A stretch of 64,000 nucleotides of DNA from Bacillales bacterium UBA1719 (GCA_002317145.1 DCIT01000003.1:23492-87491); one strand, 5' to 3'; positions 51,780 to 62,157 are shown, counted from the first letter of the stretch. The notes: generated by a model from the sequence alone, not told the origin. Program-made: numbers and translations.

Positions 51780-53938
51780 AAAAAGGCCTAATAAATACAT
51801 CGTTATATTACGCTAGAATAAAAAAAGGCGTATCAATAAAAGAAGCTGCAAAAGCTTTAAAGATAACTTCATTAAAGTTGTCTCTTATTGAACACGGTTA
51901 TTTAAATGTAGGCAAACGTAAATATGATAATTTTATTAATTATTATAAGTTACCAGAAAACTTTTTTAAGACGCATAGTACTTATGTTGAGCCTTATGAA
52001 AAAGATACAATTAATTTTGAAAAATTAAGAAATAAAGCAAGAAAGTTAGAGAAGAAAAAAGTTAGGATTTTTGCATATATTTCGATCTTTACTTCTGCTT
52101 GTTGCGTTGCGTTTGGGCTATACGCAAATAATAGAAGATTTCTCACTCCGAGAATTGCGTGGACTAAAGATTTTGCTCAATTTACAGATGTAGTAAAAAA
52201 GAAAGGAGATAGAGTAGAATCTAAAATTGCTGGGGATTATATTTATACTTTTTCTTCTCCAGAAGTTATCCCAGCCGAACTTGGAATACACGAAGTTCAA
52301 AGTAATGCTGTAACTGTTTATGAAAAAGACACTAATAGTGAGAATACCAATATCGACTCTACTATTAGAAGAGTAGAGAGGATAAACGATAAAGACATTA
52401 AAACTTTGCAAGAATCAAATTTCTATCTTTTTGGTTCAAATAAAAAGAAAGTAATTTATTTCTCGTATCGTGATTATGTGAAAGATTTGAAAATACTATC
52501 TGCAACAGTAATAGTATCTGGAGAATATCCTAATTTTGTTTTTAAATTGAGACCTTTTATATGTTATGACAAAGGCGTAATGAGCAAAATTCAAGAAGGA
52601 AGTCCTTTATATAATCAAATCGACGATATTTTGCAAAGCGAAGTAATAAAAGCATATATAAACATTGATAAGTTTTTAATTGTTAATGACTTAGTTTATA
52701 GTTCAGCAAGTGATTTATTATCTGATATTCAAAAAATATCTAGAGATTCGACTTTGTTTGCTAGATTAGGCATTTCATTCATCAGCGTGTTTTCTTTCAC
52801 TGGTTGTATATTCTTAGTTTTATTATTTTTGTCTTACTATAGTAAACATCAACTCGCGAGTAAGCCTCCTAAATTAAGCAAAGAAACAAAACAAATTTTA
52901 AATTATGAATATTCTACAAATGAGAAATATGATGATATTAGATATCCTTCTTTTGTTCCCGAATTTGGCACAAGATCATTAGGACTTATTATCTTGTTTA
53001 TTTCTTCGTTCGCGTTATTTATTTCTGTTTATTTAATCTTCAATGGCAACTTCATAGGATTTGCTGATTTTAAACCGTTTAGAGATATATCTACGAACTT
53101 CTTAAGCTCGGCAGTGTTGCTTTTATTCTTTATTAAATTAGACGTTTATTCGAGAAAGAACGCGAATCAATTACTGACAAATATTATTACATTATTTGTA
53201 GCAGGTTTGGTCTTCTATATAGTCGAAGTGCTGCTATTTAATGCCATATTAAAAGATGAAAATATTTTCTCAACAATCTTATTGATAATTAAAGATATTA
53301 TTCCAGGTAACGTTATATGGAACATCATGTTATATTCCTTGATATTCTATTTCTTATTTACTACACCAAGAAAGTATTTAAACGATGCTACTAAAGTTAT
53401 TAAATGGAGATTATGTTCTTTAATTCCTACATTCATTTTAATCTTCGCATTATTCTATAAATTCTTCTTCGAACCTAGATTACCTACTAGCGCAATATAC
53501 GTGAGCTTAATGTTCCATACCTCAGGTATTATCACTACTTTATTCGCAATTATTTATTTGTATTCTTTATATTTCTTAAATTTAATTAATAAGTTTAACT
53601 ATGGCGTTAAAGATGCGGAAGTATTCTCTTATTCAAGAAGATATTCTTTATATAAAAACTCAATTGCATGCATCATAATCGCTTTACTATTCTTAATTGA
53701 TACATTCTTTAGATATAACATTCCTGATAACAATTTAAAATTAGGCAAGAACTGGGCGATTATATTATTAATTCCAATCATTATGTTCTATCGTCCACAT
53801 ATCGGTAAACGTAACGCAACATGGGATAACATTTATACATTCTTATATGGAACATTCTTCGCAGGTGGATACTTATCAGTAGCTATCTATATCTTATTAA
53901 AATTAGATATTGCTGAATTATTATATATTCGTTTCTAA
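51776..53938 (+). CDS. membrane protein with an N-terminal XRE-type HTH domain and a large (>=10 TM) membrane region
   Basis: N-terminal ...ARIKKGVSIKEAAKALKITSLKLSLIEHGYL HTH, then a ~600 aa hydrophobic region. 720 aa. Confidence 0.55.
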   Translation: MKKGLINTSLYYARIKKGVSIKEAAKALKITSLKLSLIEHGYLNVGKRKYDNFINYYKLPENFFKTHSTYVEPYEKDTINFEKLRNKARKLEKKKVRIFAYISIFTSACCVAFGLYANNRRFLTPRIAWTKDFAQFTDVVKKKGDRVESKIAGDYIYTFSSPEVIPAELGIHEVQSNAVTVYEKDTNSENTNIDSTIRRVERINDKDIKTLQESNFYLFGSNKKKVIYFSYRDYVKDLKILSATVIVSGEYPNFVFKLRPFICYDKGVMSKIQEGSPLYNQIDDILQSEVIKAYINIDKFLIVNDLVYSSASDLLSDIQKISRDSTLFARLGISFISVFSFTGCIFLVLLFLSYYSKHQLASKPPKLSKETKQILNYEYSTNEKYDDIRYPSFVPEFGTRSLGLIILFISSFALFISVYLIFNGNFIGFADFKPFRDISTNFLSSAVLLLFFIKLDVYSRKNANQLLTNIITLFVAGLVFYIVEVLLFNAILKDENIFSTILLIIKDIIPGNVIWNIMLYSLIFYFLFTTPRKYLNDATKVIKWRLCSLIPTFILIFALFYKFFFEPRLPTSAIYVSLMFHTSGIITTLFAIIYLYSLYFLNLINKFNYGVKDAEVFSYSRRYSLYKNSIACIIIALLFLIDTFFRYNIPDNNLKLGKNWAIILLIPIIMFYRPHIGKRNATWDNIYTFLYGTFFAGGYLSVAIYILLKLDIAELLYIRF

Positions 53939-53970
53939 TAATTATTATTTTTTGATATAATCAAAACGTT

Positions 53971-54456
53971 ATGAAAACTGCAGAAAGAAAAAATATTATA
54001 AGTTGGGACGAATACTTCATGGGTATTGCTGAATTAAGCGCCTTAAGAAGTAAAGATCCTTCTACTCAAGTTGGAGCGTGTATTGTTGATAGCAACAAGA
54101 AAGTTGTTTCTATTGGTTATAATGGTATGCCTCGTCATTGTGATGAACATAAATTAACATGGAATAAAAATGAAGGATTAGATTCTAAATACTTATATGT
54201 TTGTCATGCAGAATTTAATGCTATATTAAATACTCGTAATGGAGCATCATTAGAGGGATGTAGCTTATATGTAACATTATTCCCATGCAACGAATGCGCT
54301 AAAGCAGTAATTCAAACAGGAATAAAAGAAATTGTTTATGCCTGTGATAAATATAAAGATACTACCGGAGTTAAAGCTAGTAAGAAATTACTTACTTTAG
54401 CCGGAGTTAAATTACGTAAATACGTTGGAAGAGATTTAAAGACAATGACTAAATAA
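53971..54456 (+). CDS. comEB: dCMP deaminase (ComEB-like)
   Basis: Zinc motifs HAEFNAIL and PCNECAKAV, 161 aa. Confidence 0.85.
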   Translation: MKTAERKNIISWDEYFMGIAELSALRSKDPSTQVGACIVDSNKKVVSIGYNGMPRHCDEHKLTWNKNEGLDSKYLYVCHAEFNAILNTRNGASLEGCSLYVTLFPCNECAKAVIQTGIKEIVYACDKYKDTTGVKASKKLLTLAGVKLRKYVGRDLKTMTK

Positions 54457-54526
54457 GCTAAAAAAAGTTCTCGAAAGAGATACTCATGGAACTTGCTTCT
54501 TTGTCCAGTTGAGGAAACGCTAAAGA

Positions 54527-55345
54527 ATGAATGAAATAATTAAATTAAAAAACATATCCTATGCCTACTCTAATACAAGAGATGCTTTAACTGACATTAA
54601 TTTAACTATTAATAAAGGAGAAGACATCTCTATTATTGGTCATAATGGTTCAGGCAAATCTACTCTCGCTAAATTAATTGCTGCATTATTAAAACCTAAA
54701 TCCGGTAATTTATATTTTAATAATGTAGAAATTAATAATAAGAACACTAATTTAATAAGAGACAAAGTAGGAATGGTATTCCAAAATCCTGATAATCAAT
54801 TTATTGGAATTACTGTCGCTGATGATATTGCTTTTGGATTAGAGAATAGAAGAATCCCACGTGACAAGATGTCTCAAATAATTGAAGAATATTCAAAGAA
54901 AACAGGAATATATGAATTATTAAACAAAGAACCCGCCACATTATCCGGAGGTCAAAAACAAAGAGTTGCAATTACCGGAATTTTAGCAATGTCGCCTGAA
55001 GTAATTATCTTTGATGAAGCTTTAGCAATGCTTGATCCTCGTGGTAAAAATGAAATATTAAAATTAATAAAAGATATAAAAAAGAATAATTCTGATATAA
55101 CGATTATTCGTATTACTCACGATTTAGATGAAGCGTTTTATTCTGATCGAATAATCGTTTTATCAGAAGGAAAAATTGTTAATGATAATACTCCAACGGA
55201 AGTATTTAAAGAAGAAGATAAATTAATAAAACTAGGATTAGATTTGCCATTTATTGTTAAGTTAAATAAAGAATTACTTAAAGAGGGTTTAATAGATAAA
55301 GCTATTTATGACTTTGATTTATTAATTGAAAAATTATGCAAATAG
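54527..55345 (+). CDS. ecfA1: ECF transporter ATPase component EcfA1
   Basis: Walker A GHNGSGKST, signature LSGGQKQRVAI, first of an ecfA-ecfA-ecfT triad. Confidence 0.9.
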   Translation: MNEIIKLKNISYAYSNTRDALTDINLTINKGEDISIIGHNGSGKSTLAKLIAALLKPKSGNLYFNNVEINNKNTNLIRDKVGMVFQNPDNQFIGITVADDIAFGLENRRIPRDKMSQIIEEYSKKTGIYELLNKEPATLSGGQKQRVAITGILAMSPEVIIFDEALAMLDPRGKNEILKLIKDIKKNNSDITIIRITHDLDEAFYSDRIIVLSEGKIVNDNTPTEVFKEEDKLIKLGLDLPFIVKLNKELLKEGLIDKAIYDFDLLIEKLCK

Positions 55346-56178
55346 AATTTAAGAATCTTTATTTTAATTACAACAACAATAGTGAATTTAAAGTCACAGT
55401 TTTAAAAAATATTAATTATCTCATTAATAAAAATAACATAACTGCGATTGTAGGTAAGACTGGATCAGGAAAATCCACTCTTACTGAATTAATTAATTAT
55501 TTTTTAAAACCAACATCAGGACAAGTTATTACTGATGGGTTTATATCGGAAAATTCAACTAAATTAAAGTTTAAGGTTGTTAATAAATTAAGAAAGAAAA
55601 TTGGATATTTATTTCAATTTTCGGAGAATCAATTATTCGAAGATACGGTTATTAAAGATGTTTCGTTTGGAGTAAAAAACTTTTATCCAAAAGATGATGG
55701 ATATGAACAAAAATCTAAAGAAGCTTTAAGACTTGTTGGATTAGATGAATCGTTTGATTCTCGTTCTCCTTTTGATTTATCTGGAGGAGAAAAAAAGAGA
55801 GTTGCTATAGCGGGGGTTATTGCTTATAAACCTGATTTATTAATATTAGATGAGCCTACTGCAGGATTAGATGCGCAAGGCAAAAAAGAAATAATGGATT
55901 TATTTAAAAAGATTCATGAAACAGGAGTGCAAATAATTCTTATTACGCACGATATGAACGTTGTTTTAGAGTATGCAGATGAAATGATAGTGCTTGATAA
56001 TGGCAGTATACAAAAATATGGATCACCAAAAGAAATACTAAAAGAAAACGTTGAAAAGTATAATCTTGAAACACCACATATTTATAAAACTATTAATGCA
56101 TTAAAAGAAAAAGGAATTGTATTAAATAATGTTACGGACATTCCTTCTTTAGTCACGGAGTTAAAGAAACATGGATAA
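55336..56178 (+). CDS. ecfA2: ECF transporter ATPase component EcfA2
   Basis: Walker A GKTGSGKST, signature LSGGEKKRVAIA. Confidence 0.9.
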   Translation: MQIEFKNLYFNYNNNSEFKVTVLKNINYLINKNNITAIVGKTGSGKSTLTELINYFLKPTSGQVITDGFISENSTKLKFKVVNKLRKKIGYLFQFSENQLFEDTVIKDVSFGVKNFYPKDDGYEQKSKEALRLVGLDESFDSRSPFDLSGGEKKRVAIAGVIAYKPDLLILDEPTAGLDAQGKKEIMDLFKKIHETGVQIILITHDMNVVLEYADEMIVLDNGSIQKYGSPKEILKENVEKYNLETPHIYKTINALKEKGIVLNNVTDIPSLVTELKKHG

Positions 56179-57028
56179 ATATATTTTAGGTAAATATGTT
56201 CCTTTAAATACGTTCATTCATCGCTTAGATCCAAGAATGAAAATCTTATCTATGATTCTTTTAATGGTTGCGATATTTATGCCTTTCCCAAGTTGGACAT
56301 TTACCTTCGTAATGTCTGGATTTAATGCTCTAATTATTTTTGTTTTAATGTTAATAAGTAAAGTTAGATTAAGAGATATTATTATTCAGTTAAGAAGCAT
56401 TTGGTTCTTACTTTTGGTGTTAATGATAATAAATATTTTCTTACCTCCAAATGGAAGTATTCACATTATTGCGCAATCAGGAAATTTTAAATTATATGCT
56501 GAATCTTTCATGCAAACAGGCAAGGTAATGCTTCGATTAATTGAGATGTTTGGGGTTGCAATGATATTAACTGCAACAACATCTCCACAAGAATTAACTT
56601 TTGGATTTGGATGGTTTATTAAACCTCTAAAGAAAATAAAATTTCCTGTTGAGGAAGTATCGATGACAGTATCAATTGCTTTAAGATTTATACCAACTTT
56701 AATTGAAGAGACTAATCGCATTTATAAAGCTCAATCAAGTAGAGGTGTAGATTTTAAACACGGTAATTTAAAAATGAAATTCAAAGGTTTAATCGCTTTA
56801 ATTATTCCTTTATTTGTTTCGGCATTTACGATGAGTGATGATCTTGCTTTTGCCTTGGAAGCGCGTGGATATAATCCTAAAGCCGAAAGGACTTCTTATC
56901 GTGTTTTAAAGTGGTCTACAAAAGATACAATTTGGATTATATTGATAACTTTATTTGCGGCAGGAATAATAACTATCTCAGCGATGCATTTAGATTTACT
57001 CAGACATTTCTTTCCAAAAATTTGGTAA
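56171..57028 (+). CDS. ecfT: ECF transporter transmembrane component EcfT
   Basis: CbiQ-like 5-6 TM, 285 aa, immediately after ecfA2 and before truA as in Firmicutes. Confidence 0.9.
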   Translation: MDKYILGKYVPLNTFIHRLDPRMKILSMILLMVAIFMPFPSWTFTFVMSGFNALIIFVLMLISKVRLRDIIIQLRSIWFLLLVLMIINIFLPPNGSIHIIAQSGNFKLYAESFMQTGKVMLRLIEMFGVAMILTATTSPQELTFGFGWFIKPLKKIKFPVEEVSMTVSIALRFIPTLIEETNRIYKAQSSRGVDFKHGNLKMKFKGLIALIIPLFVSAFTMSDDLAFALEARGYNPKAERTSYRVLKWSTKDTIWIILITLFAAGIITISAMHLDLLRHFFPKIW

Positions 57029-57092
57029 AACTTTTCTTTTTATAAAAGAAATATAAGTTATAATTTTGTTATAGGAGTATAAAAACTTATTT

Positions 57093-57209
57093 ATGGCAAA
57101 GAAGAAAGTTGCAAAAAAAGTTGCAGTTAAGAAAGCTAAGAAACCAGTCGCAAAGAAGAAATGCGGTTGTGGTTGCGGATGCAAGAAAACTGCTAAAAAA
57201 CGCAAATAA
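57093..57209 (+). CDS. putative 38 aa Lys-rich peptide with a central (Cys-Gly)3-Cys block
   Basis: Hand translation gives MAKKKVAKKVAVKKAKKPVAKKKCGCGCGCKKTAKKRK. An aggag lies 15 nt upstream. Inserted between ecfT and truA. Below the ORF track threshold. Coding status uncertain. Confidence 0.35.
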   Translation: MAKKKVAKKVAVKKAKKPVAKKKCGCGCGCKKTAKKRK

Positions 57210-57257
57210 TTAAATAACAATATTTAGTTATAATCCTATTAATAGACTGTTTTTAGT

Positions 57258-57989
57258 ATGAGATATTTTGGTATCGTTTCTTATTTCGGAATGAACTATG
57301 TTGGCTGGCAAGCGCAAGCTAACAAGAAAGGTGTTGAGGATAAAATTGAAAAGATTTTATCTCATATTTTAAATACAAAAATAAATATAATTGGAAGCGG
57401 AAGAACCGACAAAGGTGTTCATGCTTATAATCAAACATTTCATTTTGATATCAATAAAGAAATAAAAGATATTGATCATTTAATTTATGCCACAAATAGA
57501 CTCTTACCTGATGATATCAAAATAAAATCTTTGAAAAAGGTCGATGATGAATTTCACGCGAGATTCTCAGCGATTAAGAAAGAATACATTTATAAAATAT
57601 ATTTAGGAAAAGATATTCCTTTTAATTATTTAACATACATGATTGTTCATGTTCCTGTTGATATTAAATTATTAAAAGAAGCATCAAAAGTATTTATTGG
57701 GAAACATAATTTCAAGAATCTTACTAGTAAAGAAATTGATGAGAAAAATTTTGTTAGAGAAATATATTCTATTGATATTAAGAAAGATAAAGATGAAATC
57801 ACTATTAAATTAATTGGTAATGGATTTATGCGTTATATGGTTAGATACATTGTAGGTGAAATGTTAGAAGTTGCCACTAAACGTAAAACAATCAAAGATT
57901 TAAATAAATTATTCTCTAAAGAAAGATGTATTACTAATCACAAAACTCCTGCTGAAGGTTTATATCTTTCTAAAGTATATTATGAATAA
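57258..57989 (+). CDS. truA: tRNA pseudouridine(38-40) synthase TruA
   Basis: SGRTDKGVHA catalytic Asp motif, 243 aa, downstream of the ecf genes. Confidence 0.93.
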   Translation: MRYFGIVSYFGMNYVGWQAQANKKGVEDKIEKILSHILNTKINIIGSGRTDKGVHAYNQTFHFDINKEIKDIDHLIYATNRLLPDDIKIKSLKKVDDEFHARFSAIKKEYIYKIYLGKDIPFNYLTYMIVHVPVDIKLLKEASKVFIGKHNFKNLTSKEIDEKNFVREIYSIDIKKDKDEITIKLIGNGFMRYMVRYIVGEMLEVATKRKTIKDLNKLFSKERCITNHKTPAEGLYLSKVYYE

Positions 57990-58788
57990 AATTACATATT
58001 GTTATCACTCTCATACTTATAGATGTGGACACGCTTCAGGAGAAGATGAAGAATACATAAAAAGCGCTATTGAAGCGGGTTTTAAAGAATATGGAATCTC
58101 TGATCACGTTATTTTACCTAACGTTATTCATCACAATATGCGTGGTGAATATTCAATGCTTGATGGATACGTAAAATCATTTAAAACTTTAAAAGAAAAA
58201 TATAAAGATAAAATAAATATTCATATTGGATTTGAGGCTGAATATATGCCTGAATATTTAAATTACTATAAATCTTTATTAGATAATCATATAGTTGAAT
58301 ATTTAATCCTCGGCCAACATTGTTATTACATTCCCGGAACCTCTGTTCCTCAATGGTATGTGACTATGGAAAAAGAAAGAGGATTAACTGAATACACTGA
58401 TTATTTAATTAAAGGAATAGAAAGCGGATTATTTACTTATGTCGCTCATCCGGACTTCTTTGCAATCTTTTATCCTGAGTGGGATGATTTAGCAATATCT
58501 TGTTCAAAGAAAATCATTAATGCAGCAATTAAATACAACATTCCTTTAGAAATTAATTTATGTAAAGCACGTGCTAAATATTATGGTTATATCGAAAAAG
58601 ATTATCCCTCAATATATCCAATTGTTAATTTCTGGAAACTCGTTGCTAAAACAAATATAAAAGTAGTCATAGGTATAGATTCTCATAATCCAAAACATAA
58701 TCTATTAGATAATAATCAATTCGTTGATAGTTTAATAAAAGAGACTGGTTTAAAAATTGATTTTAACTATCGAATCAATAAAAAGTAG
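57982..58788 (+). CDS. PHP-family phosphoesterase (histidinol-phosphatase HisK-like)
   Basis: N-terminal YHSHTYRCGHA metal-binding motif, 268 aa. Confidence 0.78.
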   Translation: MNKITYCYHSHTYRCGHASGEDEEYIKSAIEAGFKEYGISDHVILPNVIHHNMRGEYSMLDGYVKSFKTLKEKYKDKINIHIGFEAEYMPEYLNYYKSLLDNHIVEYLILGQHCYYIPGTSVPQWYVTMEKERGLTEYTDYLIKGIESGLFTYVAHPDFFAIFYPEWDDLAISCSKKIINAAIKYNIPLEINLCKARAKYYGYIEKDYPSIYPIVNFWKLVAKTNIKVVIGIDSHNPKHNLLDNNQFVDSLIKETGLKIDFNYRINKK

Positions 58789-58851
58789 TAATATATTAAG
58801 CAGAATATATTTTATTATTATAAAATATTAAACGATTAAGGAGTTTTATCT

Positions 58852-59559
58852 ATGGGTAGAGCACATGAAGTTAGAGCTAAATCAATGGCTGCCACTGCAG
58901 CAAAAAGAAGCGCATTATTTATGCGTGCTAGTAAAGAAATTTATATGGCTGCTAAAAGCGGTATTCCTGATCCAAATAGCAATTTAGCATTGAGAAGTGC
59001 AATTGAAAAATGGAAAGGACAACAAGTTACTAAAGACGTTATTGAAAGAGCAATTCAAAAAGCTAAAGGTGGTAGTGGAGAACACTATGAACCTGGTAGA
59101 TATGAATTCTTTGGTCCAGCCGGAAGTTATATTATTGTTGATACATTAACTGATAATGTTAATAGAGCATTAACCGATGTTCGTACTGCTGTTACTAGAC
59201 ATGGTGGACATATGGGTACAGTAAATTATAATTTCACAGAACAAGGCATCATTGCATTTAAAGGCAATAACAAAGATGCAGTCGAAGAGGCTTTAATCTT
59301 AGGTGATGTCGATTTAAGAGAAATCTCTGAAGAGAATGGTGTTATCGAAGTTTTAATGGCGCCAACTTCATTATCACAAGCAAAAGAAATACTTAAAGGC
59401 ATGAATATAACTGAATTAGAAATATGCGAAATGCGTTTATTAGCAAACGAAATGATAGATATTGCTGATCCAGAAGAAAAAAGAAAATTCACTGAAATGA
59501 TGGATGCATTAGATGACGTTACTGATGTTCAAGCAGTCTATCACAACGTTAATTTATAA
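58852..59559 (+). CDS. YebC/PmpR-family transcriptional regulatory protein
   Basis: DUF28 pattern, 235 aa, acidic C-terminal domain. Confidence 0.82.
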   Translation: MGRAHEVRAKSMAATAAKRSALFMRASKEIYMAAKSGIPDPNSNLALRSAIEKWKGQQVTKDVIERAIQKAKGGSGEHYEPGRYEFFGPAGSYIIVDTLTDNVNRALTDVRTAVTRHGGHMGTVNYNFTEQGIIAFKGNNKDAVEEALILGDVDLREISEENGVIEVLMAPTSLSQAKEILKGMNITELEICEMRLLANEMIDIADPEEKRKFTEMMDALDDVTDVQAVYHNVNL

Positions 59560-59567
59560 AGAAAATA

Positions 59568-60290
59568 ATGTATAAAAATAAATTTATATTAATTAGTTTA
59601 GTAAGTAGTTTTTCGCTCTTTAGTTGCGGCGCAAAAATAAGTGTTTCGACTGAAGATGAAAAGAAAGGGACCGTTTCTTATTTTATTAACGGCAATAAAG
59701 TTGCACTACAAGCTACCCCAAAAGATAATTATTTATTTACTGGATGGTTCATTAAAAACAATGAAGATAAAGATTATCGTTTTGAAAGAGCATCCAATCC
59801 TTATATATATGAAACAAAAATAAATGTTAGTATTCAAGGACGATTTGAAGACTATAGTACACAAACATTTTTCTTTAATAAAATAGAAGATAAAGACGCT
59901 TATACTATTTCTAATTATTATGGCATTGGCACTGAAAATATAATTATTCCAAATACTCATTTTGGCTATCCTGTAACTACAATTCAAGAGAATACTTTCT
60001 TAAACAATAAAACTATAAAAAGTGTAGTTATACCACAAAACATTGTTAATATTGAAGATGATGCATTTACAGGATGCACGAATATAAAAAGTTTAAAAAT
60101 TGATCATATATTGCAAAGTTGTTATAAACCATTTGAAAATTGGACTGCAGAACAAACAATTATATTAACTTCTAATTGTGTAAATGAAGAAAGGACACAA
60201 ACAAAATGGTTGTGGCAATTAGAAAAACAAGATGGTTATTATACTTCAACATCCTGCGGTGGTGGCAATCCACATATTATTATTGAATAA
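59568..60290 (+). CDS. lipoprotein with BspA-type leucine-rich repeats
   Basis: Lipobox LFSCG, then IPNTHFG...IQENTFLNNKTIKSVVIPQNIVNIEDDAFTGCTNIKSLKI. 240 aa. Confidence 0.6.
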   Translation: MYKNKFILISLVSSFSLFSCGAKISVSTEDEKKGTVSYFINGNKVALQATPKDNYLFTGWFIKNNEDKDYRFERASNPYIYETKINVSIQGRFEDYSTQTFFFNKIEDKDAYTISNYYGIGTENIIIPNTHFGYPVTTIQENTFLNNKTIKSVVIPQNIVNIEDDAFTGCTNIKSLKIDHILQSCYKPFENWTAEQTIILTSNCVNEERTQTKWLWQLEKQDGYYTSTSCGGGNPHIIIE

Positions 60291-60984
60291 TTAGATTAAC
60301 TTCGTTTGAATCAATTAAATATATTTTATTTTGATACTTAACTTTTAATGCACCGGTTTTATCAATATCTAACGCTATTGCCATAACTTTCTTATTTTTA
60401 ATTGTGACGCTTACTTTTTTGTTTTTGAGAAAGTTATGTTTATTAATAAAAGAAGTGTAGTTAAATTTATTTGATAATATTTTCTCTAATTCTTTTATTA
60501 ATAAAGATAAAACCTTTTCGATTTTAATATCTTTATGAGTTTCTAATTTATATGATGTTGCATGATATTCTTTATTAAACTTAGTTTGATTAAGATTTAA
60601 GCCTATACCAATTATTACTGCTTCAATCCTGTTATTAATAGATTTACTTTCTAATAATATGCCACATATCTTTTTATCTTTAATATAAATATCATTTGGC
60701 CATTTGATAGATATATTTTTTAGTTTTAATTTCTCTAATGTTTTAATAACTGCGACAGCAGTATATATAGATAGCATTGGACCATTAGAGATTAATATCT
60801 TATCTTTTAATAATATTGAGCATAATAAGTTTTTATTAGGTTCACTATCCCAAATATGAGTGTTTCTACCTTTGCCTTTATTTTGCTTTAAAGCATAGAC
60901 AACAGAATAGTGTCCTAGATGTTTATATTCGCGTTTAACATAAGCATTAGTGGAGTCTATGCTTTTTAGTTTAATGTAATTCAT
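60280..60984 (-). CDS. birA: biotin--[acetyl-CoA-carboxylase] ligase (group I BirA without HTH)
   Basis: ALKQNKGKGRNTHIW (GRGRxGR-like biotin-binding loop), 234 aa. Confidence 0.85.
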   Translation of the reverse strand: MNYIKLKSIDSTNAYVKREYKHLGHYSVVYALKQNKGKGRNTHIWDSEPNKNLLCSILLKDKILISNGPMLSIYTAVAVIKTLEKLKLKNISIKWPNDIYIKDKKICGILLESKSINNRIEAVIIGIGLNLNQTKFNKEYHATSYKLETHKDIKIEKVLSLLIKELEKILSNKFNYTSFINKHNFLKNKKVSVTIKNKKVMAIALDIDKTGALKVKYQNKIYLIDSNEVNLIIQ

Positions 60985-60986
60985 TA

Positions 60987-62156
60987 TTAATTAAATAAGA
61001 GTAATAAGACACCTGCTGCAACAGCAGATCCAATAACACCGGCGACGTTAGGTCCCATAGCGTGCATTAATAAGAAGTTTTCTGGATCTTCTTTTTGTCC
61101 CATCTTATGGACAACTCTAGCAGCCATAGGAACAGCAGAGACACCTGCAGCACCAATCATTGGATTAACTTTACCATGAGTTAATTTGCACATTAATTTA
61201 CCACCTAGAACACCACCTGCGGTAGCGGTAGCGAAGGCAAAGATTCCTAAAGCAAAGATTTTAATAGTATTTAAGCTTAAGAAGTTTGCAGCATTGGCGG
61301 TAGCACCGACGCATAATCCTAAGATAATAGTGACGGTATATAATAATGCTTTTGATAATGTATCAGTGATATTAGGAACGACTCCAGATTCTTTTACTAA
61401 GTTACCAAGCATTAAGCATCCGATTAATGGAGCGCAGCTAGGAACTAATAAGACAGTAACTAAAGTAACAATGATAGGGAACATGATTCTTTCTCTTTTG
61501 CTGACTTCTTGGACTTCAGAATCCATCCTAATTAAACGTTCTTTCTTAGTAGTTAATAACTTAATTATTGGAGGTTGAATAACAGGTACGAGAGCCATAT
61601 ATGAATAGGCTGCGATAGAAATAGAAGGTAATAAGGCTGGTGCGAGTTTAGTAGTAACTAAGATAGCGGTAGGTCCATCAGCACCTCCGATAATACCAAT
61701 AGCACTTGCTTCTTGAGGAGTGAATCCTAAGATAACTGCACCGATAAAGGTAATAAAGATACCTAATTGAGCAGCAGCACCTAATAACATTGTCTTTTTA
61801 TTACCGATTAATGGTCCAAAGTCTGTAGTTGCACCTATACATAAGAATATCAAGCAAGGATATATACCCAGCTTAACTCCATAATATAGATACCCTAGTA
61901 AACCAGAATAATGTGTTTGACCATATACGTCAGTAGTAGTGTCAAAGATATCTTTACCTAGTCCTGGTAAGTTAACAAGTAACATACCAAAGGCGATTGG
62001 AAGTAATAGATATGGTTCGAAATCTTTCTTAATTGCTAAAAACAATAATACACAAGCAATTATAATCATGATCAGATTTTTCCAGCCACCTTCTTGGAAG
62101 AAAGCTGCAATACCTGACTGTTTAAAGAATTCGACGATTGTTTCCCAGAATTTCAT
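60987..62156 (-). CDS. oadB: Na+-transporting biotin-dependent decarboxylase beta subunit (OadB/GcdB/MmdB family)
   Basis: MKFWETIVEFFKQSGIAAF... and a polytopic 389 aa protein typical of the beta subunit. Confidence 0.88.
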   Translation of the reverse strand: MKFWETIVEFFKQSGIAAFFQEGGWKNLIMIIIACVLLFLAIKKDFEPYLLLPIAFGMLLVNLPGLGKDIFDTTTDVYGQTHYSGLLGYLYYGVKLGIYPCLIFLCIGATTDFGPLIGNKKTMLLGAAAQLGIFITFIGAVILGFTPQEASAIGIIGGADGPTAILVTTKLAPALLPSISIAAYSYMALVPVIQPPIIKLLTTKKERLIRMDSEVQEVSKRERIMFPIIVTLVTVLLVPSCAPLIGCLMLGNLVKESGVVPNITDTLSKALLYTVTIILGLCVGATANAANFLSLNTIKIFALGIFAFATATAGGVLGGKLMCKLTHGKVNPMIGAAGVSAVPMAARVVHKMGQKEDPENFLLMHAMGPNVAGVIGSAVAAGVLLLLFN

Positions 62157-62157
62157 T

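Noticed and set aside
57029-57092. Possible terminator hairpin ttttctttt-tat-aaaagaaa after ecfT
   Set aside because: The stem is A/T-only and weak, so it is not reported as a feature.
56996-57220. 74 aa minus-strand ORF overlapping the ecfT end
   Set aside because: It is Phe/Leu-rich antisense noise. The plus-strand 38 aa Lys-rich ORF in the same interval is the more plausible, though still uncertain, coding candidate.
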